Of a DNA stretch of 64,000 nucleotides, positions 18,333-27,842 are shown in pieces; positions within the stretch are counted from its first letter, which is position 1, and each line of letters begins with the position of its first letter. Source of the stretch: Nitrospina sp. (GTDB taxonomy: Bacteria > Nitrospinota > Nitrospinia > Nitrospinales > VA-1); assembly GCA_018673915.1 (NCBI GenBank), contig JABHBK010000001.1:68069-132068 (forward strand), given 5' to 3'. The position numbers and the translations under genes are program-made. The notes below the pieces were generated by a model. That model worked only from the letters and a program-made list of their open reading frames with translations. It did no database searches and had not been told where the DNA came from.

Positions 18333-18393
18333 TTGACATAGGCTTAAATATTGATTATAAATAGTCGTATTATAAAAGTGATAACCATTATCA
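18333..18393 (+). promoter_or_regulatory. sigma-70 promoter plus Fur box 4 in front of the porin gene
   Basis: TTGACA (18333-18338), 17 bp, then TATAAA (18356-18361). The palindrome TGATAACCATTATCA (18379-18393) lies just downstream. Confidence 0.65.
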
Positions 18394-18478
18394 AAATTAA
18401 ATTATAAACTAATTTGCATCTTTTTTAATAATCATTTGTAGCTGAGTAATTTTTTTAGGAGAAGAAAGGAGTGGGTAA

Positions 18479-19732
18479 ATGAAACAAAATCTAGGTTTAG
18501 GGGTGTTGATGGTGTTGGCGTTTTTATTAATAACAACGCCGGGCTATTCTGCCAATACAGAGGAGCTGGAAAGGAAAATTGATCTGCTGGCCGATGAGGT
18601 GGACGATTTGAAAAGCCACGGTGCTGGCGGCGGTACATCTGACCATAACCGTGTCAGTGTGCATGGCTATGGGGAAATGCATTTTAACCATAATACCAGC
18701 TCGGGAACAACGCAAATTGACAATCACCGCTTTGTCATCGGGGTGCATGCTCTTTTATCCGACTGGATTCACCTCAATGCCGAAATCGACTTTGAACATG
18801 CGGCGCAGGAACTTGAGTTTGAATTTGGACATTTGGATTTTTTGCTGGACCCGGCCCTCAATATTCGTGCCGGAGTCATGCTGGCTCCCGTTGGACTGCT
18901 CAACGAATTCCATGAGCCGAATCTGTTCTGGACATCGGAACGGCCCTTGTTACAAAGCCGGTTGATTCCCACTAGTTGGAGTGCTGGAGGTGTGGGCATT
19001 TTTGGAACCCCCATGGAAGGTGTGAGCTACCGGCTTTATGCCATGAATTCTCTACAATCCATAACGGCTGATACTACGGCAAACGGGTCCGGTACAGGAG
19101 GGAATGGTGGATCAGGGGATTCTTTTTCCAGTAACGGTATTCGTGGCGGCCGTAAACAGGTCAATGATGCCATTGCCGATGATTTTAGTGTGTTTGCACG
19201 TGTAGAACTCACCAAGCTTTATCCCGGTCTGCAATTAGGTTTTTCCTGGGTGAACGGGGATACCACACATAATCTCATCAAAGAAGGCGGTAATATGAAC
19301 CTCCTTGAAGCAGATATAAGGTATCGCTGGAATTGGTTCGACATGAATGCTTCCATTGTGAATACCAGTGTTGATAATACATTAGAACTGAATAGATTTT
19401 GTACCGCAGCTACCAGTGGTTGTTCAGCCGGAATTGCTGAAAACAATTTTGGTTATAATGTTCAGGCGGGCGTGCATCTTCCCCAGTTGTTAGGGTGGAA
19501 GACCTCGCATGATATCGTCCCGCATTTCATGTTTGAGAGAGTACGAACTCAGGATGAGATGAATGGCGAGACAGCGCCCGACTACTCTAAAAATAGAGAT
19601 GCTGTTTATACTTTTGGAGTGGCCTACTTGCCAATTCCAGAGGTTTCTCTGAAGGTGGACCATACCATCACCAATACACAAGATGGAAAAACTGCTGACC
19701 AGTTTAATATGGCTGTCGCTTATATGTACTAG
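18479..19732 (+). CDS. iron-regulated outer-membrane porin-like beta-barrel protein
   Basis: Signal peptide, then an N-terminal coiled coil (NTEELERKIDLLADEVDDLKS). Alternating beta-strand pattern with a C-terminal aromatic end ...MAVAYMY. Two Fur boxes lie upstream. Confidence 0.65.
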   Translation: MKQNLGLGVLMVLAFLLITTPGYSANTEELERKIDLLADEVDDLKSHGAGGGTSDHNRVSVHGYGEMHFNHNTSSGTTQIDNHRFVIGVHALLSDWIHLNAEIDFEHAAQELEFEFGHLDFLLDPALNIRAGVMLAPVGLLNEFHEPNLFWTSERPLLQSRLIPTSWSAGGVGIFGTPMEGVSYRLYAMNSLQSITADTTANGSGTGGNGGSGDSFSSNGIRGGRKQVNDAIADDFSVFARVELTKLYPGLQLGFSWVNGDTTHNLIKEGGNMNLLEADIRYRWNWFDMNASIVNTSVDNTLELNRFCTAATSGCSAGIAENNFGYNVQAGVHLPQLLGWKTSHDIVPHFMFERVRTQDEMNGETAPDYSKNRDAVYTFGVAYLPIPEVSLKVDHTITNTQDGKTADQFNMAVAYMY

Positions 19733-19979
19733 TAGGTTGATGACTGTCCCTTTGGACACCATATCCTGGCACCTTGCAATGCTTGCTCCTCCAAGTATTT
19801 TGGGTGTCAGGATTTTTTGTTTCATTCCAGGATAGCGGAAGAGAAGATTTATAAAATCTTTGCGTCCCGGGGTGCTTTGCGGTAAAAAGCTCAGGGTCGG
19901 TGGGGCTATAATGACCTCTAGTTTTTTTTGACCTGCCTGAAATAATGACTGTCCAGATTTTCTAAGGTTTATACGTTTT

Positions 19980-20564
19980 ATGTTTTTAAGTAAATCAAAA
20001 ATTTTACTGACTTTTTTGATCGTGGTTTCAATGTTTGGCTTTTTTATTCCAGCCTCATTTTCAGGCGAGGAAGAAAAAGTGCTGGATGTTCAGGTTTATC
20101 TCACGAAAAAGCAGGCATTTGAAATCGCTTTTCCGGGAGCGGACAAAGTAGACCGGGAAAAAAAATGGCTGACGGATGCCCAGAAAAAAGCCATTGGCGA
20201 ACTTTGTTTGCAAAGTATTGAGACCAACCGGATCACTTTTTATGTGGGAAAACGAGGTGGGGTTACCATTGGTTACGCCATCATAGATCATGAGATTGGT
20301 AAATCGTTTCCTATCACCTTTATGACGGTTCTTAACGAAGAGGGTACGGTTCGGGATGTCGAGATCATGGTCTATCGCGAACCGCGCGGATGGGAAGTGA
20401 GGTATCCCTCCTTCATGGATCAATTTGCCGGGAGAACGGCGGATTCGGATTATCGCACTGTTAATTCCATTACCGGCGCTACCCTGTCGGTAAGGGCGAT
20501 GGTGAAGGGAGTTTCTCGCGCGACGGCGGCTTATAAGGTGTTGTATCTTTCCCAAAAACCCTGA
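19980..20564 (+). CDS. exported FMN-binding domain protein
   Basis: Signal anchor present. The C-terminal VNSITGATLSVRAMVKGV matches the FMN_bind flavinylation-site region (S/T-G-A-T). Confidence 0.65.
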   Translation: MFLSKSKILLTFLIVVSMFGFFIPASFSGEEEKVLDVQVYLTKKQAFEIAFPGADKVDREKKWLTDAQKKAIGELCLQSIETNRITFYVGKRGGVTIGYAIIDHEIGKSFPITFMTVLNEEGTVRDVEIMVYREPRGWEVRYPSFMDQFAGRTADSDYRTVNSITGATLSVRAMVKGVSRATAAYKVLYLSQKP

Positions 20565-20650
20565 GTCATTCGTTACATTTCTTTCCTTTTTTATAAAGGA
20601 TTTAGGGTTTATACTTTTCTATATATTTTCTCTTCCTTATCTTGGAAACC

Positions 20651-21343
20651 ATGAAAAATTGGATTTGCATTTTTGCGTTATTGATTTCAGCCTGTGCATC
20701 GTCCCCGTTAAGCAGGTCGAACCCTTTTGAGCACACCGAGCTTCTTTTAGACTCCGAAGAAGCTATTGAAGGGGTGATCGATGTTTCTGGAGAAGGGATT
20801 CCGCAAAAACTTTTAAATCGTACTAAGGCTATTGTGGTGTTCCCAAACTTGGTGAAGGCGGCTATGATAGCCGGCGCCCGAGTTGGAAAAGGGGTGGTGA
20901 TTGTTCGCTCACCGAAGACTGGAAAATGGAATCCTCCGGCTTTTGTAAAATCCCGGCAAGCCAGTTGGGGTCTTCAGGCGGGTATTCAGAAAGCCGAGTT
21001 GGTGCTTTTGATTATGACCAATAAAGGACTCAAGCAATTATTCAGGACGCAATATAATCTAGGGTCGGGGCCACAGATAGCGCTCGGGACAGTGGGGGAA
21101 ACTTTAAACTTGAATCTGGCTCTTAAAGAAAATGATATTTTTGCCTATTCCCGCATTAAAGGTCTGTTTGCAGGGCTTTCCTTTGATGGGACTATCATTT
21201 CTTCTGACAAGAATGCAAATTTTGAGTATTACGGGGAACCGGTTTCTAATCGGAATCTGCTCGCAGGCCATAAAGGAATCAAGGTTCCTGAATCCGGGCA
21301 GGCTTTTCTTGGAAGAATGAACCACCTTGCTCCTCCCTATTAA
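20651..21343 (+). CDS. SYLF (Ysc84/DUF500) domain lipoprotein
   Basis: Lipobox LLISAC. AIVVFPNLVKAAMIAGARVGKGVVIVR...WNPPAF...SWGLQAGIQKAELVLL. Confidence 0.65.
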   Translation: MKNWICIFALLISACASSPLSRSNPFEHTELLLDSEEAIEGVIDVSGEGIPQKLLNRTKAIVVFPNLVKAAMIAGARVGKGVVIVRSPKTGKWNPPAFVKSRQASWGLQAGIQKAELVLLIMTNKGLKQLFRTQYNLGSGPQIALGTVGETLNLNLALKENDIFAYSRIKGLFAGLSFDGTIISSDKNANFEYYGEPVSNRNLLAGHKGIKVPESGQAFLGRMNHLAPPY

Positions 21344-22317
21344 GAGCCAAGTCTTTCAATCGCATCTACCACCCTTATCAGCCCTTTTCCGTCAATCAGA
21401 CTTTTACCGGCCTGACTCATTTTCTTCAAAGTCTCCGGGCTTGCATTCAGGATTTCTGGAAGGCGACTTTCGTTCCATGACTCTGCCATTCCAAGGTTCA
21501 TGGCGGCACCCTGCGCACGTTTTGTTTTCAATTCTTGATGAGAAACCTGATTAATCACAAAGGCAGGAGTCCCCACCGCCATGGCTTCATCCAGTGTGAC
21601 TCCGCCGGAACAGAACACGGCGTCGTGATCGAACAAGGTTTGTGCCATTTGTGATGTGGATTCCAGCAATTTCACCGTTTTAGTTTGCAGATTTTTTAAG
21701 GCAGGGATGTTTTCACACCCCGGGCCTGCAAGAAGGGTTATGGGTAATTCAGGCTGGATTTGTAAAAGTTTTTCGGTAAGGGAACCCGTCAGAGAATGGG
21801 GGTCAGTGCCTCCCATAGTGATCAACACAGACTCGATGGGATTACTGAATTCGCGCTTTTTTGCATGAAATGTTGCAAAATTCTGCGCGAGGACGCAATA
21901 GCGATTACTAAAAAGCGTCTGAACCCTATTCGGGAGTTCTGCTGATTTTTCTTCATCTAAATTGCAGTCGATCAGTAGGTTGACGTGATTACGCCCTTCT
22001 CCAAGGTCTTCAAAACTGACCACGGGTTTATTGTTTTGCGCAATATTTTTGATGAAGGTTTCGGGGGTGTCCTGAATGTCCAAAAGGATGAGGTCCAGAA
22101 GTGCTATATCTTTTGCTGTGACAGACAGAGGGTCCTTTAAAGTTTTTCTAAGAAATCGACATTGGTCCAGCCAGGTTTGTGCGGGAGGGTAGTCGGGAAT
22201 GAAGAAGGTGACTTCGGCCCCTCGGTCTTGCAAAATTTTTGCAATATGGGATTGCCGGACCACATGGCCCATGCCTTGAGAAAATGAAGTTTTACAGAAA
22301 ATTCCTATTTTAGACAT
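21340..22317 (-). CDS. PseG-like / GT28-type GT-B glycosyltransferase
   Basis: An internal ATG gives MSKIGIFCKTSFSQGMGHVVRQ (Gly-rich N-terminal loop). The C-terminal half has ITMGGTDP and CSGGVTLDEAMAVGTP. Confidence 0.55.
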   Translation of the reverse strand: MSKIGIFCKTSFSQGMGHVVRQSHIAKILQDRGAEVTFFIPDYPPAQTWLDQCRFLRKTLKDPLSVTAKDIALLDLILLDIQDTPETFIKNIAQNNKPVVSFEDLGEGRNHVNLLIDCNLDEEKSAELPNRVQTLFSNRYCVLAQNFATFHAKKREFSNPIESVLITMGGTDPHSLTGSLTEKLLQIQPELPITLLAGPGCENIPALKNLQTKTVKLLESTSQMAQTLFDHDAVFCSGGVTLDEAMAVGTPAFVINQVSHQELKTKRAQGAAMNLGMAESWNESRLPEILNASPETLKKMSQAGKSLIDGKGLIRVVDAIERLGS

Positions 22318-22413
22318 GATATTGCGGAAAACCTTTGCTGGTAACAAGGCTATGCCTTGAGGAAATGAGCCCTAGCTTTTTCAGGTTGCAACAACGCATC
22401 TAGGGAGATATAG

Positions 22414-23373
22414 CTAGTTGGCCCCACGCCCAGTGGCAGGCCGGTTGATATTGATCTTTTGTAAAATTTCATGGTCGCTGAAAATAACATCCCGTTTTTC
22501 TCGCCTTCGTGCCCTGAGAATAGAGGGCAGTCTTTTTAAGGCCATGTAAAAGGCAACCCAGAACCGGCTTTTCAGACGGAAAAGATCACGAAGCAGAAAA
22601 AGGGGAATATAAAACAGGAACTGACAGGTCAAAGGTCGATCGAGAATATTCTTCCAGACAAAAAGATAATTATTGCGGGCGGAGATCAACCCAATTCTCT
22701 TTTCCTGTCGGGTAATGGTGGACTGCACCTTGTGATAGGCGACGGACTTGGGCTCATAGAGCACCTTCCATCCTCTTTTAAGAGCGCGGTACGAAAGGTC
22801 TATCTCTTCGTAGTACAAAGGATGATAAATAGGATCGAACCCTCCCAGTTTCAGGTAGCGTTCCCGGTCCACCATGAAAGCTCCCCCACAGGCGAACAGG
22901 GTTTGACTGGAGTCATCCGGTTCTTTTTCGTAGAGGTAAAAGTGCCCGTTACGAAAATAACCTCCGCGGTTACCATAGAGAAAGGTGGTTCCATCAAACG
23001 CATAGAATTTTCCACTGACTGAAAAGGTGTCTTTCCCGTCCTCAAAATATTCCGCCAGGTGATAGAGAGCATCCTCGTCTAGTTTTATATCGTTGTTCAT
23101 TGGCATGATGAGACGAGACCGTGCCAGGTTGGCTCCAAAATTATTAGCCCCATGAAACCCATAGTTGACAGGAGTTTTTTCTGCTCGAACGCTGGGGAAT
23201 TCCTTTGCCAGGATTTCGAGACTGTCATCGGAACTGCAATCATCCACGACCATAATTTCATAGGAACGCTTCTTATCGTAGGCGACGGATTTGAGAACAC
23301 TGGGCAAACATTCTTTCAGCAGTTCTCTGCCATTCCAGTTTGTGATGATAAGAGTGATATCGGGAATATTCAT
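22414..23373 (-). CDS. family-2 glycosyltransferase
   Basis: ITLIITNWNGRELL...YEIMVVDDCSSDDS, NNDIKLD, and the EEIDLSYR motif typical of GT2. Confidence 0.85.
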   Translation of the reverse strand: MNIPDITLIITNWNGRELLKECLPSVLKSVAYDKKRSYEIMVVDDCSSDDSLEILAKEFPSVRAEKTPVNYGFHGANNFGANLARSRLIMPMNNDIKLDEDALYHLAEYFEDGKDTFSVSGKFYAFDGTTFLYGNRGGYFRNGHFYLYEKEPDDSSQTLFACGGAFMVDRERYLKLGGFDPIYHPLYYEEIDLSYRALKRGWKVLYEPKSVAYHKVQSTITRQEKRIGLISARNNYLFVWKNILDRPLTCQFLFYIPLFLLRDLFRLKSRFWVAFYMALKRLPSILRARRREKRDVIFSDHEILQKININRPATGRGAN

Positions 23374-24425
23374 GAAAGTATTTGATGTACGGATTCTAAA
23401 ATTTCAACTTCCCCGTTTAGAGGTACTTTATCCTTAACGGTCAAACTGAGAGCTGTCTTGATGCCTGTCTGCCAATTGCCCGGGTAAAAATCTTCATCCT
23501 CAATAATAACTCCTGTCTGGGTTTTCTGTAAATATTCGCGAATGGCCTTAAATTCATAAAAATCTTTTCTTTCACAGGTAATGACGGGTTTGTGGCTGGC
23601 GAAAGCCGAACCCAGGGTGGAGTAGCCTCCTTTGGTGCATATCAGGTCAACACTGGCAATGAGATCGGGGAACGGGAACCGGTCATCTAAATAATGGAGA
23701 TTGGGAACCTTCTTCTCAATGGAGTCACGGGTTAGATAAAGACAGTCTTTATGCTGGGCCAGGTTTTCCCACAACACTGAACCTGCGCCATATTGCCCCA
23801 GATAAATAAATGTCAGAGTTTTACCCGCAAATGAAATATTCAGGTGATGCTCGAGATCTTTTCGGATGCTTTTCCCTTTTTGTGCAATGAATCCCACTTC
23901 TTTGGTTTTTTTGGCTAGCGATTTTGGGAGATGACATTGCGGAAGAATTTGCAGGTCGGCGCAGGCGTATTCTTCCTCCAGCTCATGCAGTAAATTTTTT
24001 TGCTCCTCAGCACCTGGCAGATGACTATATATATCATGCCAGGTAAAGTTTCCTATCAGGATTGCAGGAATGCCAAGTTCATGAGCCGCTTTAATAGGCA
24101 TGCTGGCGATATCGGATAGAACCAAAGCTATCTGGTTTTCTCGAAGCCATTTTTTTTCTGCTTCTGCTCTTGCACTCCTTTGGAAAATATTAAAATCTTT
24201 AAATGTTTTTTCGGCATCAATATTTAAGGAGTTTGAATGCCTGCATCCCACATCCACAGGCTGCAGCCAATGGTTGGCATCCAGATGTTGTTTGAACAAA
24301 AACTCTGGGACTTCTGTTTTAATATGTAAGTTGAATTCAGAAACAAGTTGCTTAAGAACAGGTAGGGATCGGGCGTAATGCCCATAGCCGTGACCGCTGA
24401 TGTAGTAGGCAAGGTTTTTGTCCAC
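23370..24425 (-). CDS. GT-B fold glycosyltransferase (family uncertain)
   Basis: GTG start. N-terminal YYISGHGYGHYARS loop, and C-terminal ICTKGGYSTLGSAFASHKPVI. 4-nt overlap with the downstream GT2 gene. Confidence 0.5.
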   Translation of the reverse strand: MDKNLAYYISGHGYGHYARSLPVLKQLVSEFNLHIKTEVPEFLFKQHLDANHWLQPVDVGCRHSNSLNIDAEKTFKDFNIFQRSARAEAEKKWLRENQIALVLSDIASMPIKAAHELGIPAILIGNFTWHDIYSHLPGAEEQKNLLHELEEEYACADLQILPQCHLPKSLAKKTKEVGFIAQKGKSIRKDLEHHLNISFAGKTLTFIYLGQYGAGSVLWENLAQHKDCLYLTRDSIEKKVPNLHYLDDRFPFPDLIASVDLICTKGGYSTLGSAFASHKPVITCERKDFYEFKAIREYLQKTQTGVIIEDEDFYPGNWQTGIKTALSLTVKDKVPLNGEVEILESVHQILS

Positions 24426-24532
24426 TAGGCGTGGGGCCAGCGTGCAATAGCTTTCATTGGCGAGTAAAGAGTTATTTCGGCTTAATGGGTGTTTGCCCTG
24501 TTCCTGCCCACGCAGGGGGGGCCTCGAAGGAG

Positions 24533-25180
24533 CTACTTATCTTTTTTGGGCTTGTAGTCGAATTGGCAAACAGAACCCAGTTGCGCGAAAAGGTTGCTCA
24601 ATTTCAAATCGACATAATCCTTCCGGGCTTCCCAGGGAATTTTGTCAAAACCACAGGCCGTCTGGATATAGTCGGTTCTACCGAAGCGAATAAAATATTG
24701 GGCAAACCAGCATTTTTTCATTTTATAAACCCAGTTTTTATCGCTGACGGTTTTGTGTTCGAGAAGAAAATGTCTCCATGTATGTATTTCATCAACCTGG
24801 GGTTGGTGGTTTTCAATAAATTCTTTGAACGGATTTTCCGAAGCTTTTTCCTGCTCGATCATCTTGTCGCGTTCCGTTTGCTTCCATGCTGCAAGTGCAG
24901 AGATAATCATCGCCCGCGCTCTATCGATTCTTACATTGGCATCATCCAACACATTATGGGCATTGTAAATGAAACACGCTACTGTGGTCATGAACTGTTC
25001 TTCGTCTTCCAGCTCGTCTGCTTTATCATATTCCCAGATATCTATGAATTTATTGCGAATGAGGTCCTTGTCGACTTCGGCATCTCCGACATCAAGGTGA
25101 TTGAGAATGGGGTCAACGCGCTGTCCGGCGCTCTCTCGGGTTTCTGTACTGTCCTGACTTGTTTCTGTTTTTTCGTTCAT
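24533..25180 (-). CDS. hypothetical protein, C-terminal ATC-hydrolase-like region
   Basis: The acidic N-terminal half looks like real coding sequence. The C-terminal KKCWFAQYFIRFGRTDYIQTACGFDKIPW resembles the L-2-amino-thiazoline-4-carboxylate hydrolase family (weak recollection). Confidence 0.35.
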   Translation of the reverse strand: MNEKTETSQDSTETRESAGQRVDPILNHLDVGDAEVDKDLIRNKFIDIWEYDKADELEDEEQFMTTVACFIYNAHNVLDDANVRIDRARAMIISALAAWKQTERDKMIEQEKASENPFKEFIENHQPQVDEIHTWRHFLLEHKTVSDKNWVYKMKKCWFAQYFIRFGRTDYIQTACGFDKIPWEARKDYVDLKLSNLFAQLGSVCQFDYKPKKDK

Positions 25181-25344
25181 AATGTTTTTATAGGGAATAA
25201 CCTATTGAATTAGGATTAAAAGTGACTTTTTAAATTTGCCAATATGCTTTCTAAAATATCATAATCAGGTTTGAAGTGGAAGGGGCTTGATACTATTAGC
25301 CAGGCGTGGATTGTTTTTACTGGGTTAAGGATAAGGACTGTTTA

Positions 25345-26457
25345 ATGGAAAATAATGATTTTGATATTGTGGTCATTGGGTCGGGGGTAATCGGTCATAG
25401 TATTGCCTTTCGCCTTAAACAGGATGATCCTCAACTGAAGATTGCGGTTCTGGGCGACCCTGTTAACTCACTTCAGGCTTCCCGTGCGGCTGCGGGCATG
25501 CTTGCACCTTTTTGCGAATGCGACAAGGCCGACCGGTTCTTTAAGTTTTGCCGGGAGTCGCTGGATAAGTTTCCGGAATTCCTCAGGGAACTGGTCTCGG
25601 TCAGTGAAGTTCCCGTCCATTTTTCAATTGAAGGTTCTTTGATGCCTTCATCCAGCTACCGGGAGGCCTGGGAAGAACGAAAGGTGTTTTTTGCAGAGGA
25701 AGACATTCCCCATGAAGTATGGAGTAGCGATAAGGTTCGGCAGAAAGCACCCTATCTTTCAGACAACTGCGGTGAAGTGATGTGGGTTCGGGAGGGGCAG
25801 GTCAATAACCGGCAAATGCATGATGCGCTTATTCAGGCCTCTAGAAACCTGGGGAATCATGTTCTGGAAGCAAATGTTTCCGGTTTTATCCGCAAAGGTT
25901 CAACTCTTGCTTCGGCCGTTACGGATTCGGGAAACATTAACGGAGGACAGTTTGTTCTCGCATCGGGGAGTTGGTCCTCGCAGTTGGCTCGTGTGTTGGA
26001 GGTATCGATCCCCATGAAACCGATTAAAGGACAAATGTGTCGAGTGCAGTTGGAGGATCATTTTATGGACTATACTTTGCATGGAAAGATGACCTACATT
26101 GCACCTTGGAGGGAAGGGAATGGTTTTGTAATCGGCTCAACTATGGAAGACAAGGGCTTTGACCCTTCGGTCGAAGATGGGGTCATTGACCGGTTGATTG
26201 CTAATGCTGCTGAAATTCTCCCATGCCTTAAATCAGCTCCCTTGATCGAATCCTGGGCGGGCATGCGTCCTGCGGCTGAGGATCTTATGCCTATCATGGG
26301 TAAAAGCGGGAGGTATGATAATCTGTTTTATTCTTCCGGTCATTACCGTAATGGAATTTTACTGACTCCAAACCAGGCGGACTATATGTCTGGATTAATC
26401 AGGCAGACTTTGGATAATGAAAACTCTGAGTTTTCTCCCTCCCGGTACGATTTGTAA
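25345..26457 (+). CDS. FAD-dependent glycine/D-amino-acid oxidase family (ThiO-like)
   Basis: An internal ATG gives MENNDFDIVVIGSGVIGHSIA (GxGxxG). AAGMLAP and GHYRNGILLTP motifs. Confidence 0.7.
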   Translation: MENNDFDIVVIGSGVIGHSIAFRLKQDDPQLKIAVLGDPVNSLQASRAAAGMLAPFCECDKADRFFKFCRESLDKFPEFLRELVSVSEVPVHFSIEGSLMPSSSYREAWEERKVFFAEEDIPHEVWSSDKVRQKAPYLSDNCGEVMWVREGQVNNRQMHDALIQASRNLGNHVLEANVSGFIRKGSTLASAVTDSGNINGGQFVLASGSWSSQLARVLEVSIPMKPIKGQMCRVQLEDHFMDYTLHGKMTYIAPWREGNGFVIGSTMEDKGFDPSVEDGVIDRLIANAAEILPCLKSAPLIESWAGMRPAAEDLMPIMGKSGRYDNLFYSSGHYRNGILLTPNQADYMSGLIRQTLDNENSEFSPSRYDL

Positions 26458-26469
26458 TGAGGATTTTTC

Positions 26470-27810
26470 ATGATTTCTGAAAACCAATCCGAACTCATCC
26501 GCGACTTACACCATGTCTGGCACCCTTGCACTCAGCACAAGGATTACGAAACAACTCCCCCTATCCTGATTGAGAGGGCGGAAGGCATCTATCTTCAAGA
26601 CCGGCAAGGGAACCGGTATATGGACGTGATCGCTTCGTGGTGGGTAAACCTTTTTGGTCATAATCATCCTCGGCTCAATAAAGCACTCACCCAGCAGTTG
26701 GAAAAAATGGCACATGTAATGTTTGCCGGCATCACCCATCAGCCCGCCATAGACCTGGCCGACTCGCTGGTGGCTTTGTCGCCTTCGGGACTTGAGAAAG
26801 TATTTTTTTCTGACAATGGTTCCACAGCGGTGGAAGTGGCTCTGAAGATGAGCCTGCAGTACTGGCAGGAAAAAGGTGAATCTCAAAAGGTTCAGTTTGC
26901 TTATTTAAAAGGGGGATATCATGGCGAAACCTTGGGGGCACTTTCTGTATGTGGTCTTGAAATTTTCAGGGGAAAATTTGAAAAGGTTCTCCCCAGCCAT
27001 TTACCGGTAGAAGGACCGGACTGTTTTCGCTGTCCCTATGGATTACAACGCGAAAGTTGTAACGCCGAATGCTTCGAGCCTATGGAGAAAGCATTGGGTG
27101 AGAATTCCGATACCCTCGCCGGAGTGATTGTGGAGCCTTTAGTACAGGGGGCGGCTGGGATGATGATGTATCCGCCGATTTATTTGAAAAAACTTCAAAC
27201 GGTTTGTGAATCGTTGGGAATTCATATGATCTTTGATGAGATCGCGGTTGCTTTCGGGCGTACCGGCTCACTTTTCGTATGTGGGGCGCACGATTTGCGG
27301 CCGACTTTTTTGTGCCTGTCAAAAGGAATCACTTCGGGTTATCTGCCGTTATCCGCCACATTGACCACGGATGAAATCTATTCAGCCTTTTATGGCGAAT
27401 ATGATGACATGAAATTATTTATTCATAGTCATAGCTATTCGGCGAATCCTCTGGCCTGTGCTGTGGCCAATGAAACCTTGAAGATGTTGACGGAGAATAA
27501 TTTTCTGGAATCGCTGAAACCTAAAATCGCCACTTTAAAAGAATGTGGAAAACAGTTTGAGGGATTGAATGGAGAATTCCGGCAGACGGGCATGATAGCG
27601 GCAGTAGAATTGGTCAAGAATAATAAGGAGCGCCATCCTTTTGAAAAACGTATCGGCTATCAGGTATTCCTCGAAGGATTAAAGCGTGGACTCTTCATGC
27701 GTCCGCTGGGAGATGTGGTGTACTTCATCCCGCCTTTGGTCATCAGCGAAGCAGAAATTGAGACCATGCTGAATACGGCCCATGACTGCATTAATGCGGT
27801 GCTAAGATAA
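26470..27810 (+). CDS. bioA: adenosylmethionine-8-amino-7-oxononanoate aminotransferase
   Basis: Class-III aminotransferase with WWVNLFGHNHP, DNGSTAVE, FDEIAVAFGRTG and LSKGITSGYLPLSAT (PLP Lys). Confidence 0.85.
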   Translation: MISENQSELIRDLHHVWHPCTQHKDYETTPPILIERAEGIYLQDRQGNRYMDVIASWWVNLFGHNHPRLNKALTQQLEKMAHVMFAGITHQPAIDLADSLVALSPSGLEKVFFSDNGSTAVEVALKMSLQYWQEKGESQKVQFAYLKGGYHGETLGALSVCGLEIFRGKFEKVLPSHLPVEGPDCFRCPYGLQRESCNAECFEPMEKALGENSDTLAGVIVEPLVQGAAGMMMYPPIYLKKLQTVCESLGIHMIFDEIAVAFGRTGSLFVCGAHDLRPTFLCLSKGITSGYLPLSATLTTDEIYSAFYGEYDDMKLFIHSHSYSANPLACAVANETLKMLTENNFLESLKPKIATLKECGKQFEGLNGEFRQTGMIAAVELVKNNKERHPFEKRIGYQVFLEGLKRGLFMRPLGDVVYFIPPLVISEAEIETMLNTAHDCINAVLR

Positions 27811-27842
27811 ATATCTCTTAAATATTTTTCAGGGAGCTAAAA

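Noticed and set aside
19764-19785. CTGGCACCTTGCAATGC looks like a sigma-54 promoter upstream of the FMN-binding gene
   Set aside because: The GG-to-GC spacing is 11 rather than 10, and no TTGC sits at the correct register. The same bases form the 5' arm of a stem (TCCTGGCACC / GGTGTCAGGA, 19764-19812) followed by TTTTTT, which is better read as a loose terminator of the porin gene.
24431-25213. 260-aa plus-strand ORF in the track
   Set aside because: It is entirely antisense to the 215-aa minus-strand gene (24533-25180), which has a sensible acidic/helical composition. The plus-strand translation is F/I/L/N-rich low-complexity sequence typical of the shadow frame of an AT-leaning gene.
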